A DNA stretch of 64,000 nt from Sphyrna mokarran (GCA_024679065.1 JAGIQG010000004.1:63240001-63304000); one strand, 5' to 3'. Counted from the first letter of the stretch, positions 35,244-48,260 are shown. A program made the numbers and translations. Notes: a model not told the origin generated them from the sequence alone.

Positions 35244-35408
35244 AGACAACAAGGTGGACCAAAGCACCTGTAGGATAAAAACAAGTACATTAATATCATC
35301 GCCTATTTACACACTTCCCAGGGATTCCCAAGGCTCATAATCCCTATTTTAAATCAGTTTTCTATATCTCTCCATTCCCATTCTGTTTATGTGCCCATCT
35401 AAGTATGT

Positions 35409-36170
35409 AGAACATAGAACATAGAACGCTACAGCACAAATAGGCCCTTCGGCTCACGAGTTGCGCCGATCACATCTATACCTACCAATCCACAGATCTA
35501 TCTATAACCCCCTATCCCATTAGTTCCCATACACTCATCCAGAAGTCTTTTAAAAAAACCCCAGCAAATTCGCCTCTACCACCTCCGATGGCAGCCAATT
35601 CCATTCACTCACCACCCTCTGAGTGAAAAACTTACCCCTAACATCCCCTCTGTATTTGCTTCCCTGCACCTTAAATCTGTGTCCTCTCGTAATGACCATT
35701 TCAGCTCGGGGAAATAGTCTCTGAGAATCCACCCTATCTATTCCTGTCAACATTTTGTAAACCTCTATCAGGTCGCCTCTCAACCTACGTCTCTCCAGTG
35801 AGAAGAGTCCCAGCTCCCTCAACTTATTTTCATAAGGCCTGCCTCCCAATCCAGGCAGCATCCTTCTAAATCACCTCTGCACTCTTTAAATAGCTTCTAC
35901 ATCCTTTCTATAGTGAGGCAACCGGAACTGCGCACTGTACTCCAAGTGGGGTCTGACAAGAGTCTTATAAAGCTGCATCATTACCTCCTGACTCCTAAAC
36001 TCAATTCCTCGATTAATGAAGGCCGGTACACGATACGCCTTCTTGACCACTTCCTCCACCTGCGAGGCCTATTTAAGAGTCCTATGGATCCGGACACCAA
36101 GATCCTTCTGCTCCACAATACAGCTAAGACTCCAATCCATGATATTGTACTCCTTCATCCCATTAGTCAT
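35409..36170 (-). mobile_element. CR1 3' fragment (same subfamily as 61316-63850)
   Basis: ORF 35550-35861; GTTCTAT tail at 35409-35427. Confidence 0.92.
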
Positions 36171-37780
36171 CCTGACTGAGTTACCAGGATGTCAACTCAG
36201 AATAATTTCAAGTTCAGGAGGAAGCATTTTTAATTAATTGGATGTGGGGGAGTCGTTGGCTGGGTTACCCATCCCTAATTGACCTTGTGTTGAGTGGTTT
36301 GTTTTGCCATTCCTGAGGGCATTTAAGCGTCAGCTACTTTGCTGTTTGAGTGGACTCACATGTAGGCGAGACCAGGTAAGGGTGCACATTTCTTTCTCTG
36401 AAAGACAAGTGCGGAATATTGGATTGCATAAATGTAGTGCCAGCATGGTCCTACAGTAGGATTTGAGTGATTTTGAGGGAACTTGCAAGGAGTTATTCTC
36501 CGATGTGATTTTTGCCTATAATCCTTTTGGTGATAGAGCTCTTGATTTTAGAAAATAGCGTTGGAATTGTATGGTTGTTACTGTGGATGGTATCGTGGAG
36601 AGAGTGAATGCTTAAAATGGCGAAAAAATGCATCAAGCGGAATTTCTTTTACTGGATGACGTTGAACTATTTTGAGTATTGTTGAAGTTGCACTTATCTA
36701 AGCAAGCGGAGAGAATTCTATCATTCGCCTGACCCGTGACTTATAACTGGTAGACAGATATTGCAAGGGTGACAATAAATCCCCACATAACTCCCAATCT
36801 CTGATTTGCTCCTGTAGCCACGATATTTATATAACCAGTCCAATTATTTTCAGTTCAATGTTGATCTGAATCATGATGATACTGGAGCTTCCGTGACAAC
36901 ATTGAAAGTCACAGGGAGATGCTTAAATTCCGTTTAACTCAAGATGTCCATTGTGTAAAGTTGTGTCACGCAAATGTCTATTTCTGTTGTGCAGGTCAGG
37001 CCTCAAACCGTGCTGCCCTTCTGATTGGAGAAATTGATAGCTTTAGCATCTAAATAGCTGTGAATGTGCAGAAATAACAGATTGTGTAGGGAATGGCTCT
37101 GGTCTGGATAAAAACTTTATATCATAACGGTCGATCAGTTACTGAAACAAATCAACTCAAATTCCAGTGTCGTTACAATCACCAATTACAGTTTTACCAT
37201 CAAAATTAGGTGGCAATTGCGAAGCTGAGGGCTTGGAACTCACTGCTTGAAACTAACGGCAAAAGGCCTCGTTGCATAAAAATCTTGGATATGCATTTCA
37301 AGTAATGCAACCTTCAGACTTGCAAAACAAAAGTGCATGTGGGGTTTGGCTACAGAGAACTCTTTTCGTCTTTGTGTAGTAAATAATCATGAAGATAAAA
37401 TAAAATAAATTAAACTAAGGTATGTTCAGATAAAGTATTCGTCAGCTGGACGAGTGCTGCAAGTGCAGAACGTGGGGACAGATGAGGTAAAAGACAAGCT
37501 CGTGGGGAAAACGGGGAAGACTCTACAGAGAAAGTAGAGTAACGAAGTGTAGCTAAGGTAGCTGTGGGAGTCAGTGGAGCTATAGCAGATAATCATTCGC
37601 AGTCTAACCCCAGAATTAGAGACAGAGAAGACGAGGGAGGAACCGGTGGTGAATTATCTTCAAAGGATGTAGCGGCGGGAACTCGAAACCAGTTTAGTGA
37701 AATGATCAAGTTCAGGTTGAACGCAAAATGTGGCATCGAGACAATGTTCAGAATACTCACCTACCAGAAAATAAAGATGA

Positions 37781-38052
37781 AGAGACACAGCTTTAAATTA
37801 AGGGGTATGAGTTATAGGACGGATATCAGAGGTAGGTTCTTTACTCAAAGAGTGATTAGGGAGTGGAATGCCCTGCTTGCAGCTGTTGTAGATGCGGCAA
37901 GTTTGGTGGCGTTTAAGAGGTTAATTGATAAGTATATGGAAGAGAAGGGAATGGTTTAGTTTGGAGGTGCATTGCTTTTTATTTTGGTCGGCACAACATC
38001 GAAGGCCGAAGGGCCTGTTCTGTGCTGTAATGTTCTATGTTCTATATGTTCT
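37781..38052 (+). mobile_element. Young CR1 3' fragment
   Basis: [28 protein letters not shown]; tail. Confidence 0.93.
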
Positions 38053-38802
38053 AAGAAGGAATCTGAAAGTGTCTGGAACAAAAGAAAATCGTTTAACTTA
38101 ACTTCTAAAGAATGAGTCATAGTTAGAGCTTACCTTGCATAATAAAACATTTGTATATGGTACCAATAATGCCCAGATACCTTTAGACAGCAATGTGCTC
38201 ACAGTTGGAATTCAGCTGTTACGAATGTTATGTGACGTTTGAACTGCAATCAAATGAATGAACAGCAAAGTGGATTGGAGAAGGATAGAAACCCCGCCGT
38301 GAGGAAATCTGATCCAAAGCTGGGAAGCAACTCTCCCCCACCATGCCCACTATCACTCTTCCCCCACCCCCACCCTCACCCCAACCATGATCTTCTTTAT
38401 GTGCTTTCATGATATATTTTCTGTGAATCCGCCCACAAACAGTAATGCTGAAAGGGGAGAGGGAAGGCAATATGCGGTGGGGATGGCAGGGGGCGGGGCT
38501 GCTACGTGGGGATGGGGTAGGGAGATGTTGTGTTTGCACGGAACTCATTTTTTCGCAAACCTTGCGACGTTCTCTTACTGACATTGCGGCCCCGCCTATT
38601 CTATTCGCATTTAACCACGCGTTCCACATAATTTATTGAAATCAGTCAACTTTCTGTCAAACTGCCACTTTCCAAATACTCTGTCATTGACGTTACAAAC
38701 AACGAAAAAGAAAATTATTTAACTTGAGTTGACTGTTCCTGTTAAAGTCGCATTCCCAAATCACCTCTTGAAATCGACCTCTATAATTCTTGCAACAGCT
38801 CG

Positions 38803-38810
38803 TTACGTCA
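38803..38810 (+). promoter_or_regulatory. CRE/ATF-like TTACGTCA ~72 nt upstream of gene B ATG
   Basis: One mismatch to the CRE palindrome TGACGTCA; a second TGACGT lies at ~38688. Confidence 0.35.
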
Positions 38811-38882
38811 TCTATCATACCGGGTTATCGACGAAATTTTTGCAGACTAACAGAAGTGCAGTTCACTAATAGGTTTTGAACG

Positions 38883-38928
38883 ATGTTTGAAAGTCAGTGC
38901 ATATGGGTCCTGGGAATTACTTATGAAG
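38883..38928 (+). CDS. Gene B exon 1, leader MFESQCIWVLGITYE
   Basis: ATG 38883, 15 codons + 1 nt, donor AAG|GTATTT, similar to gene A leader, in phase with the V exon. Confidence 0.72.
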
Positions 38929-39030
38929 GTATTTTCCACAACGAATTGTTTTCTCCTTTAGAATCTTCGAATCCTGATTTCTTTTTCATCCGTGTGTCCG
39001 CTTATATTCTGCTTGCATAAATATCAATTT

Positions 39031-39097
39031 ATTTATCTATTTATCTATCAATCCATCCATCGATCTCTCTATCTATCTGTCTCTATCTATCTATCTC
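39031..39097. repeat. Imperfect (TCTA/TCCA)n microsatellite in gene B intron 1
   Basis: atttatctatttatctatcaatccatccatcgatctctctatctatctgtctctatctatctatctc. Confidence 0.8.
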
Positions 39098-39149
39098 TGG
39101 TTAAAGTACAGTTTGTGCGTGTAACAACTACATTTTAAATATTTTACAG

Positions 39150-39461
39150 TTGTTTCCACCTGGGTGTCGCAATCGCCTGAAAGCACCGTCGTGATGGCAG
39201 GTTCAGACATTACACTCTATTGTACAGCGAATGTTGTCCAGATTCACTCAGATGTGGATGTTTATTGGTGGAAACTTGGCGATGAAACCTTTTTACAACC
39301 GAAATCTAATGGCAGAAAACGATTCCTTCCTTTTAAAAGCGGAGCGACTTCCTTCCAGATTCTGAATGTTCGTGTCTCCGACTCCGGATTCTATTACTGC
39401 GGAGTGCGAGACAAAGGCAGCAGGATCCTCAACGGAACTGGATCCAAACTTGTTGTGCACG
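39150..39461 (+). CDS. Gene B exon 2, intact VJ-type Ig V-set domain
   Basis: Acceptor ttttacag, donor G|GTAAGA; WVSQSP..GSDITLYC..VYWWKLGD..FQILNVRVSDSGFYYC..ILNGTGSKLVVH; aligns without gaps to gene A V (~35/101 identical by hand). Confidence 0.92.
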
Positions 39462-39550
39462 GTAAGAGACGCAGGGCATCTGTCATTGCAGGATGCGATA
39501 CAGAACATCAGAGGCAGTTTTGACTAATCAGGGGGCATATTTGTGGGGTT

Positions 39551-42500
39551 ATAGAACATAGAACATAGAACATTACAGCACAGAACAGGCCCTTCGGCCT
39601 TCGATGTTGCGCCGACCAAAATAAAAAGCAATGCCCCTCCAAACTAAACCATTCCCTTCTCTTCCATATACTTATCAATTAACCTCTTAAACGCCACCCA
39701 ACTTGGCGCATCTACGACAGCTGCAGGCAGGGCATTCCATTCCCTAATCACTCTTTGAGTAAAGAACCTACCTCTGATATCCGTCCTATAACTCATACCC
39801 CTTAATTTAAAGCTGTGTCCCCTCGTGCTAGCTTTCTCCATCCTAGAAAAAGGCTATCACTGTCCACCCTATCTAAACCTCTAATCATCTTATATGCTTC
39901 AATAAGATCCCCTCTTAGCCGCCTCCTTTCTAACGAAAACAACCTCAAATCCTTCAAACTCTCTTCATAGGACCTGCCCTCCATACCATGCAACATCCTG
40001 GTAAACCTCCTCTGTACCCTCTCCAATGCCTCCACATCTTTCTTATCATGTGGCGACCAGAACTGCACACAATACTCCAAGTGCGGCCGCACTAGAGTTT
40101 TGTACAGTTGCAACATGATGCTGCTGCTCCTAAATTCAATCCCCCTACCAATAAAAGCTAAGACTCCATATGCCTTCTTAACAACTTTATCCACTTGGCT
40201 GCCTACTTTCAGGAATCTATTGACACATACACCAAGATCCTTCTGTTCCTCAACACTATTAAGAGCCCTACCATTAGCCCTATACTCTACACATTTATTG
40301 TTCCTGCCAAAGTGCATTACCTCACACTTTCCACATTAAACTCCATTTGCCACCTCTCGGCCCAGCTCTGCAACTTGTCCAAGTCTCTCTGCAAACTATA
40401 ACACCCCTCTTCACTATATACCACTCCACCGACTTTAGTGTCATCTGCAAATTTACTAATCCATCCTTCATACCCTCATCCAGATCATTTATAAAAATTA
40501 CAAACAGCAGGGGCCCCAAAACAGACCCCTGAGGTACACCACTTGTCACCAAACTCCACGATGAATATCTCTCATCAACCACCACCCTCTGTCTTCTATC
40601 TGCTAGCCAATTCCTAACCCAATTAGCTAAATCACCCTCTATCCCATACATCTGCATTTCTGCAGAAGTCTTCCATGGCCACCTTATCAAACGCCTTACT
40701 AAAGTCCATATATACCACATCAACCGCCTTACCCCCATCCACCTCTTTGGTCACTTTTTCAAAAAACTCGATGAGGTTAGTAAGGCACGACCTACCCTTC
40801 ACAAAACCATTCTGACCATCCCCAATCAATTCATTTCTCTCTAAATAACTATAAATCCTATCCCTAATAATTCTCTCCAATACTTTGCCCACAACAGAAG
40901 TAAGACTCACTGGCCTATAATTCCCTGAAGGTCTCTCTTCCCCTTCTTGAACAATGGGACCACATTCGCTATCCTCCAGTCCTCCGGAACCACACCCGTA
41001 ACCAACGACGACCTGAAGATCAGAGCCAGAGGCTCTGCAATCTCCTCTCTTGCCTCCCAGAGAATCCTAGGGTAAATCCCGTCCGGCCCAGGGGAATTAT
41101 CCAACTTCAAACCCTCGAGAATTTCTAACACATCCTCCCTATCTACTACAATACTTCCCAATTTGCAACCCTGTACCTCAGTGCTCTCCATAGCTACATT
41201 TCCAGCACTCTGCGTGAATACTGAAGAGAAATATTTATTCAGTGCCTCACCAATCTCTTCAGGCTCCACACACAACTTCCCCCTGCTGTCTATGACTGGC
41301 CCTAATCTTGCCCTAACCAATCTTCTATTCTTAACATATCGAAAGAAAGCTTTAGTATTCTCCTTAATCCTATCAGCCAACATCTTCTCGTGTCCCCTCT
41401 TAGCTCTCCTCAATTCACTTTTTAGCTCCTTCCTGGCTAATCTATAGCTATCCATTGCACTAACCGAGCCTTCAAGCCTCATCCTGACATAAGCCTCCTT
41501 TTTCCTTTTAACCAGCAAATCAACTTTTTTCGTACACCAAGGTTCTCTTACTCGACCATTTCCTCCTTGCCTGACGGGGACATACTTATCAAGGACTCGC
41601 AGCAGCTGCTCCTTGAATAAGCTCCACATTCCAGATGTTCCCAGTCCCCGTAGTTTCCTAGTCCAATCTATGCACCCTAATTCTCTCCTGATGGCCTCAT
41701 AATTACCCTTCCCCCAGCTATAACTACTGCCCCCAGCTTCATGCCTATCCCTATCCATCACTAAGGTGGACGTAACCGAATTGTGGTCACTATCACCAAA
41801 ATGTTCACTAACTTCCAAGCCTAACACCTGGTCTGGCTCATTGCCCAGCACCAAATCCAATGTAGCCTCACCTCTAGTTGGCCTATCTACATACTTAGTC
41901 AAAAAACCTTCCTGCACACTCTGTACGAAAACTGACCCCTCTAACGAGCTAGAGCTATAGCTATTCCAATCAATATTAGCAAAGTTAAAGTCCCCCATCA
42001 CAATTACCCTACTACTTTCACTCCTAATCAGAATTGACTTTTCAATCCTTTCCTCAACCTCTCTAGAACTATTAGGAGGTCTGTAAAAGACTCCCAACAG
42101 GGTGACCTCTCCTCTCCTGTTTCTCATCTCAGCCCATACTACCTCAACAGACAAGTCCTCATCAAACTTCCTTTCTGTCACTGTGATACAGTCTTTGACT
42201 AATAATGCCACTCCTCCCCCCCCCTTCTACCTCCTTCTCTACTCCGACTAAAGCATTTGAACCCTGGAACCTGCAACATCCATTCTTGTCCCTGCTCTAC
42301 CCAAGTCTCTGAAATGGCCACAACATCGAAGTTCCAGGTACTGGTCCAAGCTGCAAGTTCCTCCCCCTTATTGCGAATACTCCTTGCATTAAAGTATACG
42401 CATTTCAAACCACGCCCCACCCCACCCGTACGCCGCTGTGTTTTACAACTCTCTTCTATAACCCCCTTACTCTCATCCCTCTCAGCACCCCAACTACTTA

Positions 42501-43732
42501 GGATCCCACACCCCCCCCGAATCAGTTTAAAGCCCCCATCATAGCCTTAGCAAATTTTCCCCCCAAGATATCAGTCCCCCTCTGGTTCAGGTGTAGACCA
42601 TCTCTCTTGAAGAGGTCCCACCTATCCCAGAATGAGTCCCAATTGTTAAGGAACCTGAACCCTTCCCTCCTGCACCATCCACGCAGCCATGAGTTCAAAC
42701 TTTCTCTTTCTCTGTTCTTCTCTAAACTATCCCTTGGCACAGGCAAGAGTCCAGAGATAACCACTCTGCCTGTTATGGACCTAAGCTTCCACCCTAACTC
42801 CATAAATTTTTGTTTAATATCCCCTTCCCTTGTCCTACCTACATGATGTGTCCCCACATGAACTATGACTTGGGGCTGACTCCCCTCACCCTTAAGAATC
42901 TTAAAAACCCGATCTGCGACATCCTGGACCCCAGCCCCTGGGAGGCAACACACCAGCCCTGAGTCCCGTTTATTACTGTTTACCCTCCTATCTGTCCCTC
43001 TAACTATGGAGTCTCCTATAACTAGGCCTAATCTCTTATTCCCCCCACCCACCTGAGCATTCTCAGCAGGCTCACCCCCAGAGACCTGCTCACTTTGGTC
43101 AGCTCCAGTTGATTCTTCCTCAACTGTAGCCTCCAAGACAGAAAATTTATTTTGGAGGGGAACAGCCCCAGGGGATTGTCACCCCGATTGCTTCTTACCC
43201 CTCCTCCTAATAGTTACCCAATTATCACTTTTAGGAGTTACAATCTCTTTGTTACTCCTGCCTATATCCTCCTCAACCTCTCGAATTACCCTGAGTTCCT
43301 CTAATTCCAGCTCCAGCTCCTTAACACGATCCTCAAGGAGCTGCAAATGTGCACACTTCCTGCAGGTGGAATCAGCAGGAACACTACTGGTGTCCCTCAC
43401 CTCATACATACTGCAGGAGGTGCAACGTACTGCCTGCACTGCCATCACTGTTACTTTAATTTCCAGGAGAAGAAAAAAAAACTTCTCACACACTTTTATT
43501 ATTAGGTTAGAGGAGGGGGGAGGGTGGGATACTCTACCTGTGTAGAGTATCGGGTTACCTCTCTGGACCAATTTATAGAGTCAGAGAGAAAAACTTCCGG
43601 TTACAAGTTAGTTTAAATAAAAAACGGCAAAAACTACTCCCGCTCGCTGTTTTAACCAAAGAGAAAAGTTAAAAAACTACTTGACAATCGAACTTCTCGC
43701 TCTCCCAAATCGCTGCCTCTCCGTGCTGCTCC
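39551..43732 (-). mobile_element. Near full-length (~4.2 kb) CR1/HER1-type LINE in gene B intron 2: ORF1 (Zn-finger/coiled-coil + SGNH esterase) and ORF2 (APE + RT), frameshifted
   Basis: ORF1 CTSC..CRKC, LEDRVKELELELEEL, GDSIVRG, HVGTH, DGLHL; ORF2 [38 protein letters not shown]; (GTTCTAT)n tail. Confidence 0.95.
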
Positions 43733-44559
43733 AATGGAACAATGAGGCCATGTTCTCCGATGAGAACAATGATCCATCTGACTGCAAATATTTCACACTT
43801 CTAAGTCTTCCTATATGTGTTTTGATAGATTTTAATTGTAAATTAAACCCCACGACTAATGAAAAATACTTGAATCGATTTAAATTGGTGTTGAATCGTA
43901 CTACAATAATTCGGTAACATTGGTCTGCTTTATCTGTTTAGAACTTAGTTGCTTTTTTTAAATGCGCCCTAAGTTTGGAGGCAGCAAACAATTGAAGTTA
44001 AAAAATGCGGTGTTAGCTAATAAGGTGCATGTTTGAACAGTAGTATACACGTGCCGATTTGCAGATAGATCCTATTTTAATTTATCCGCATAGGTTACAG
44101 CTGATTGTATCCATCAGGATTCAAAACCTCCCCATTTATGATATCATGGTCCATAGGAAATCACCTATGACTAATTTTTAAATGTAGCACTCTTGAGCCT
44201 TACATTTTCTCACAATTTTGGCCGCCAATAAATATAAAATCATCCGACATATTGGTGCCGGAGTCTCACCAATTTTATAATTTTTTTTAGATTCAGATGT
44301 AAAAATCACCTTCAGCGGAACAGCAAATTAGACCAACATCCCAAATTGTACCTAATTGCCTCCCCAGTAGAATAAAAGATTGAGCGACTTTTTAAATGGG
44401 TACGAACTCATCCCGTGTTTTTTGGTTATTTTTGCCCGACGATAACAAATTTAAATTTCAAGCGAAATACTACTGACATAGGTGAAAATGTCCTTTAGAA
44501 TATAATTATTGATAATGCAACCTAACTCTCTGTCCTCCTAGGACAAAAGGTTAAAGTTC

Positions 44560-44700
44560 CACTCACCTGGAACTCACCTTTCAGAACAGCGTTCCAAAAG
44601 ATTGTGAGTTTCCTATCAAATAAACTTGTTGGACTTTAACTGGTGTTTTGAGACTACTTAGTATGTTTACTCCAGTCCAATGCCGGCATCTCCACATCAT
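44560..44700 (+). mobile_element. Degenerate Penelope-type terminal repeat fragment
   Basis: AAATAAACTTGTTGGACTTTAACTGGTGTT..CCAGTCCAATGCCGGCATCTCCACATC matches the right arm of 51410-51608 and 52067-52107. Confidence 0.65.
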
Positions 44701-44774
44701 AACTTCCACTACCCCACCAGCAATCGATTGGAACACAAAGTTTGGCTGGTAAACTGGATTAATAGTATTAACTA

Positions 44775-45185
44775 TCACTGAGTTGGTAACACGGTCTCCT
44801 CTGAGAGTCACAAGGACCTTGGTTCAAAGCCCAGTCCAGGAGTTGAGTATAAATATCAAGGCTGACCCTCCAGTGCAATACTCCAGGAATCGTGCACTGC
44901 TGGGGGTGCGTTTCTTCGGAAGAGTCATTAAACCTAGTCTCACTTTGCCGCTACGATGGACGTGAAAGATCCCGTACCATTACTTTGAAGAAGAGCAAAG
45001 GTATCCAGGCCAATATTTCTCCTTCAATCAACATTGCAACAAATATGATGTGATTGTTTTTATTGTTGCTGTTTTTGGAAGCTTCTGTTCACAAATTGGC
45101 TAATAAATTTTCATCATTACAACGGTAACTATATTTCCAACGTCCTGTTTCATTGTAAAGCTCTCTAAGACGTCCGCAGTGTGAA
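44775..45185 (+). mobile_element. Deu-type SINE, paralog of 13270-13795
   Basis: GGTTCAAAGCCC..CCAGTGCAATACTCCAG..TCCAGGCCAATATTTCTCCTTCAATCAAC; same position just upstream of the C1 acceptor. Confidence 0.65.
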
Positions 45186-45217
45186 ACTGCCAATTTTTCA
45201 ATTCTTCATTGTTCCAG

Positions 45218-47332
45218 TTTCGCAACATCACTGAAAATTAATCCTCAGCAACTTGAAACGGATCCAGTTGCCACTCTGATTGTACTATGAACCACATCTC
45301 CTATTTCCCCGAAAAATACCAGCTTTATTTGATATATAGTTGGCACAAAAACTGCAGCAGGGATAAATGCCATCATTAAACCCAGCACCGATGGATCACG
45401 GAGAATCCTAAAGCTTTCTTTAGATATGTTAAGAATAGGAGATTGGTTAGGACAAGATTAGGGCCAGTCAGAGACAGCAGTGGGAAGTTATGCGTGGAGC
45501 CTGAAGAGATTGGAGAGGCACTGAACAAATATTTCTCTTCGGTATTCACACAGGGTGATGTAAATGTAGTTGTGGAGAACACTGGGATACAGGGTTGAAA
45601 ACTGGAAAGTATTGAAGTAGATAAGGAGGAGGTGTTAGATATTCTTGAGGGTTTGAAATTAGATAAGTCCCCTGGGCTGGATGGGATTTAAACTAAGATT
45701 CTCTGGGAGGCAAGAGAGGCGATTGCAGAGCCTCTGGCTCTGATCTTCAGGCCGTCGTTGGTTACAGATATAGTGCCGGATGACTGGAGGATAGCAAATG
45801 TTGCCCCATTGTTCAAGAAGGGGAATAGAGACTTTCCTGGGAATTATAGACCGGTGAGTCTTACTTCTGTTGTGGGCAAAGTATTGGAAAGGATTATTAG
45901 GGATAGGCTTTATAATTATTTAGAGAGAAATGAATTGATTGGGGACAGTCAGCATGGTTTTGTGAAGGGTAGGTCATGCCTTACTAACCTTATTGAGTTT
46001 TTTGAAAAGGTGACCAAGGAGGTGGATAAGGGTAAGGCAGTTGACGTGATATATATGGACTTCAATAAGGTTCCCCATGGAAGGCTTCTGCAGAAAATGC
46101 AGATCTATGGGACTGAGGGTGATTTAGCTAATTGGATTAGGAATTGGCTGGCTGATAGAGGACAGAGGGTGGTGGTTGATGGAAATTATTCATCATGGAG
46201 TTCAATTACAAGTGGTGTACCTCAGGGATCTGTTTTGGGGCCTCTGCTGTTTGTAATTTTTATAAATGATCTGGATGAGGGTATTGAAGGATGGATTAGT
46301 AAATTTGCGGATGACACCAAAGTCAGAGGAGTGGTAGATAGTGAAGAGGGGTGTTATAGTTTGCAGAGAGACTTGGACAAGTTGCAGAGCTGGGCCGAGA
46401 GGTGGCAAATGGAGTTTAATGCGGAAAAGTGTGAGGTAATTCACTTTGGCAGGAATAACAAATGTGTAGAGTATAGGGCTAATAGTAGGACTCTTAATAG
46501 TGTTGACGAACAGAGGGATCTAGGTGTATATGTGCATAGATCCTTGAAAGTTGGCAATCAAGTTGATAAGGTTGTTAAGAAGGCATATGGAGTCTTGGCT
46601 GTTATTGGTAGGGGGATTGAATTTCAGAGCTGCAACATCATTTTGCAACTGTACAAACTCTGGTGCGGCCACACTTGGAGTATTGTGTACCATTCTAGTC
46701 GCCACATTATAAGAAAGATGTGGAAACATTCGAGAGGGTGCAGAGGAGGTTTATCAGGATGTTGCCTGGTATGGAGGGCAGGTCTTATGAGGAGAAGCTG
46801 AGGGATTTGAGGTTGTTTTCGTTAGAAAGAAGCGGCTAAGAGGAGACCTTATTGAAACACACAAGATGATCAGAGGTTTAGATAGGGTGGACAGTGATAG
46901 CCTTTTTCCTCAGGTGGAGAAAGCTAGCATGAGGGGACATAGCTTTAAATCAAGGGGTGGTAGTTATAGGAAGGATGTCAGAGGTAGGTTCTTTACCCAG
47001 AGAGTGGTAAGGGTATGGAATGCCCTGCCTGCAGCAGTTGTAGATGCGCCAAGTTTGGGGGCGTTTAAGAGGTCAGTGGATAGGTTTATAGATGAAAAGG
47101 GAATGGTTGAGGTTAGAGAGTCATTGCTTTTTCTTAATTGGTCGGCGCAACATCGAGGGCCGAAGGGCTTGTTCTACGCTGTAATGTTCTATGTTCTATA
47201 TGAAGCTTCAAACCATTTACAAGAGACGCTGCCTGCCCGGTCCTTAACCGTCTGTATATACCCGTCTGGTCTTTCACAATGCACTCCAAATTCCAGCCAC
47301 AACCATTCACATTATCATTTACCCAAACACAG
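45218..47332 (+). pseudogene. Gene B disabled C1 exon (45218-45395 + 47196-47332), split by a CR1 insertion
   Basis: Paralog of gene A C1 ([18 protein letters not shown] | LYEASNHLQE..LVFHNALQIPA..YPNT G|GTAAGA); Cys->TGA 45288-45290, Trp->TGA 45330-45332, 1-nt deletion near the start, 4-nt insertion near 47253, second Cys->Arg. Confidence 0.9.
45396..47199 (+). mobile_element. Young CR1 inserted in gene B C1 exon
   Basis: ORF 45758-46801 RT ([13 protein letters not shown]); tail GTTCTATGTTCTAT runs into host CTATATGAAGCT. Confidence 0.95.
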
Positions 47333-48260
47333 GTAAGATTGCAGGTCTCAGTTATTGCAAGTTGAGGCATTTCTGCTGCTTTCCCGACTTGGCTAAATCT
47401 AGTTTCTGATTTATTGTCCTTTTTCCACACTTGTCACCACATTTTAAACTCCCGAAAGTGAAGTTCATCGGTTTAATTATGTTACATTTCAATCAAGTTT
47501 AATTTTATTCCAAAAGCTTCACGATTGCTTTTTCATCGTGCGTCTCTCTCAGGAATTCTGGAGTCAGGGAGCAGTGTGCAGCTGAGTCCTTGGGAAATAC
47601 TTCCCGATTGATTCGTGGAGACTGAAGCGCCCTTACCCGAATCCCACAATCTGTGCTCAAAATCTGATGCAAATTGCTAAGTTACCAGTTAGACAATTTA
47701 TGGTATTAAATGTTTCCTATTGACATTTTCAATCACAATCTCGTTACAAATTACAAAGAAGATTAAATTGAGCTCTGAGAAAATATATATTTCCATACAG
47801 CTGCACCGCTGTGAATAAAACGGTGAAGTAGCAACGTTTACTTACACGACAGGTAGTCTGGCAGTATCCGTGCAGAAAGCAACAGAGTTGATATTTCGAG
47901 CCCTATATAACATTTCTTCAAATAATTCTCATTTTCTTGAGTTCTCAAGTCATATTGGATACGGAACGTTAGCGTAGATGTTGCCAGAGCCGCTATTTCC
48001 AGCACTTTTTTTAATACAAGAATCCAGAAGCTACAACATTTTGTTTTTATTCCATTACTAACACACATTGGGTTTGAAAAAGGCATATGCGACATATTTT
48101 TGTATGTGTTTCATTGATATCTCACATCGAGAAAGCACATCCAGATGTGCACGCGATGATTGGTCTTTCTAATGGTAACTCTTGTCATTTGGAAACGGTG
48201 TCAGGTCCAAAGAGTGAAGATATTTTTTTTCATTTAGAAATAGCGCAAAAAACAGGGCGA

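Noticed and set aside
34550-35299. ORFs antisense to LINEs (also 348-842, 41163-41447, 63336-63779)
   Set aside because: They are shadow frames of CR1 ORF2 with no independent coding signal.
12029-39461. Rearranging TCR/Ig locus
   Set aside because: Both V exons already include the G strand and end at GT donors. CACAGTG heptamers at ~14074, ~18208 and ~24515 lack a correctly spaced nonamer, and no separate J or D segments were seen.
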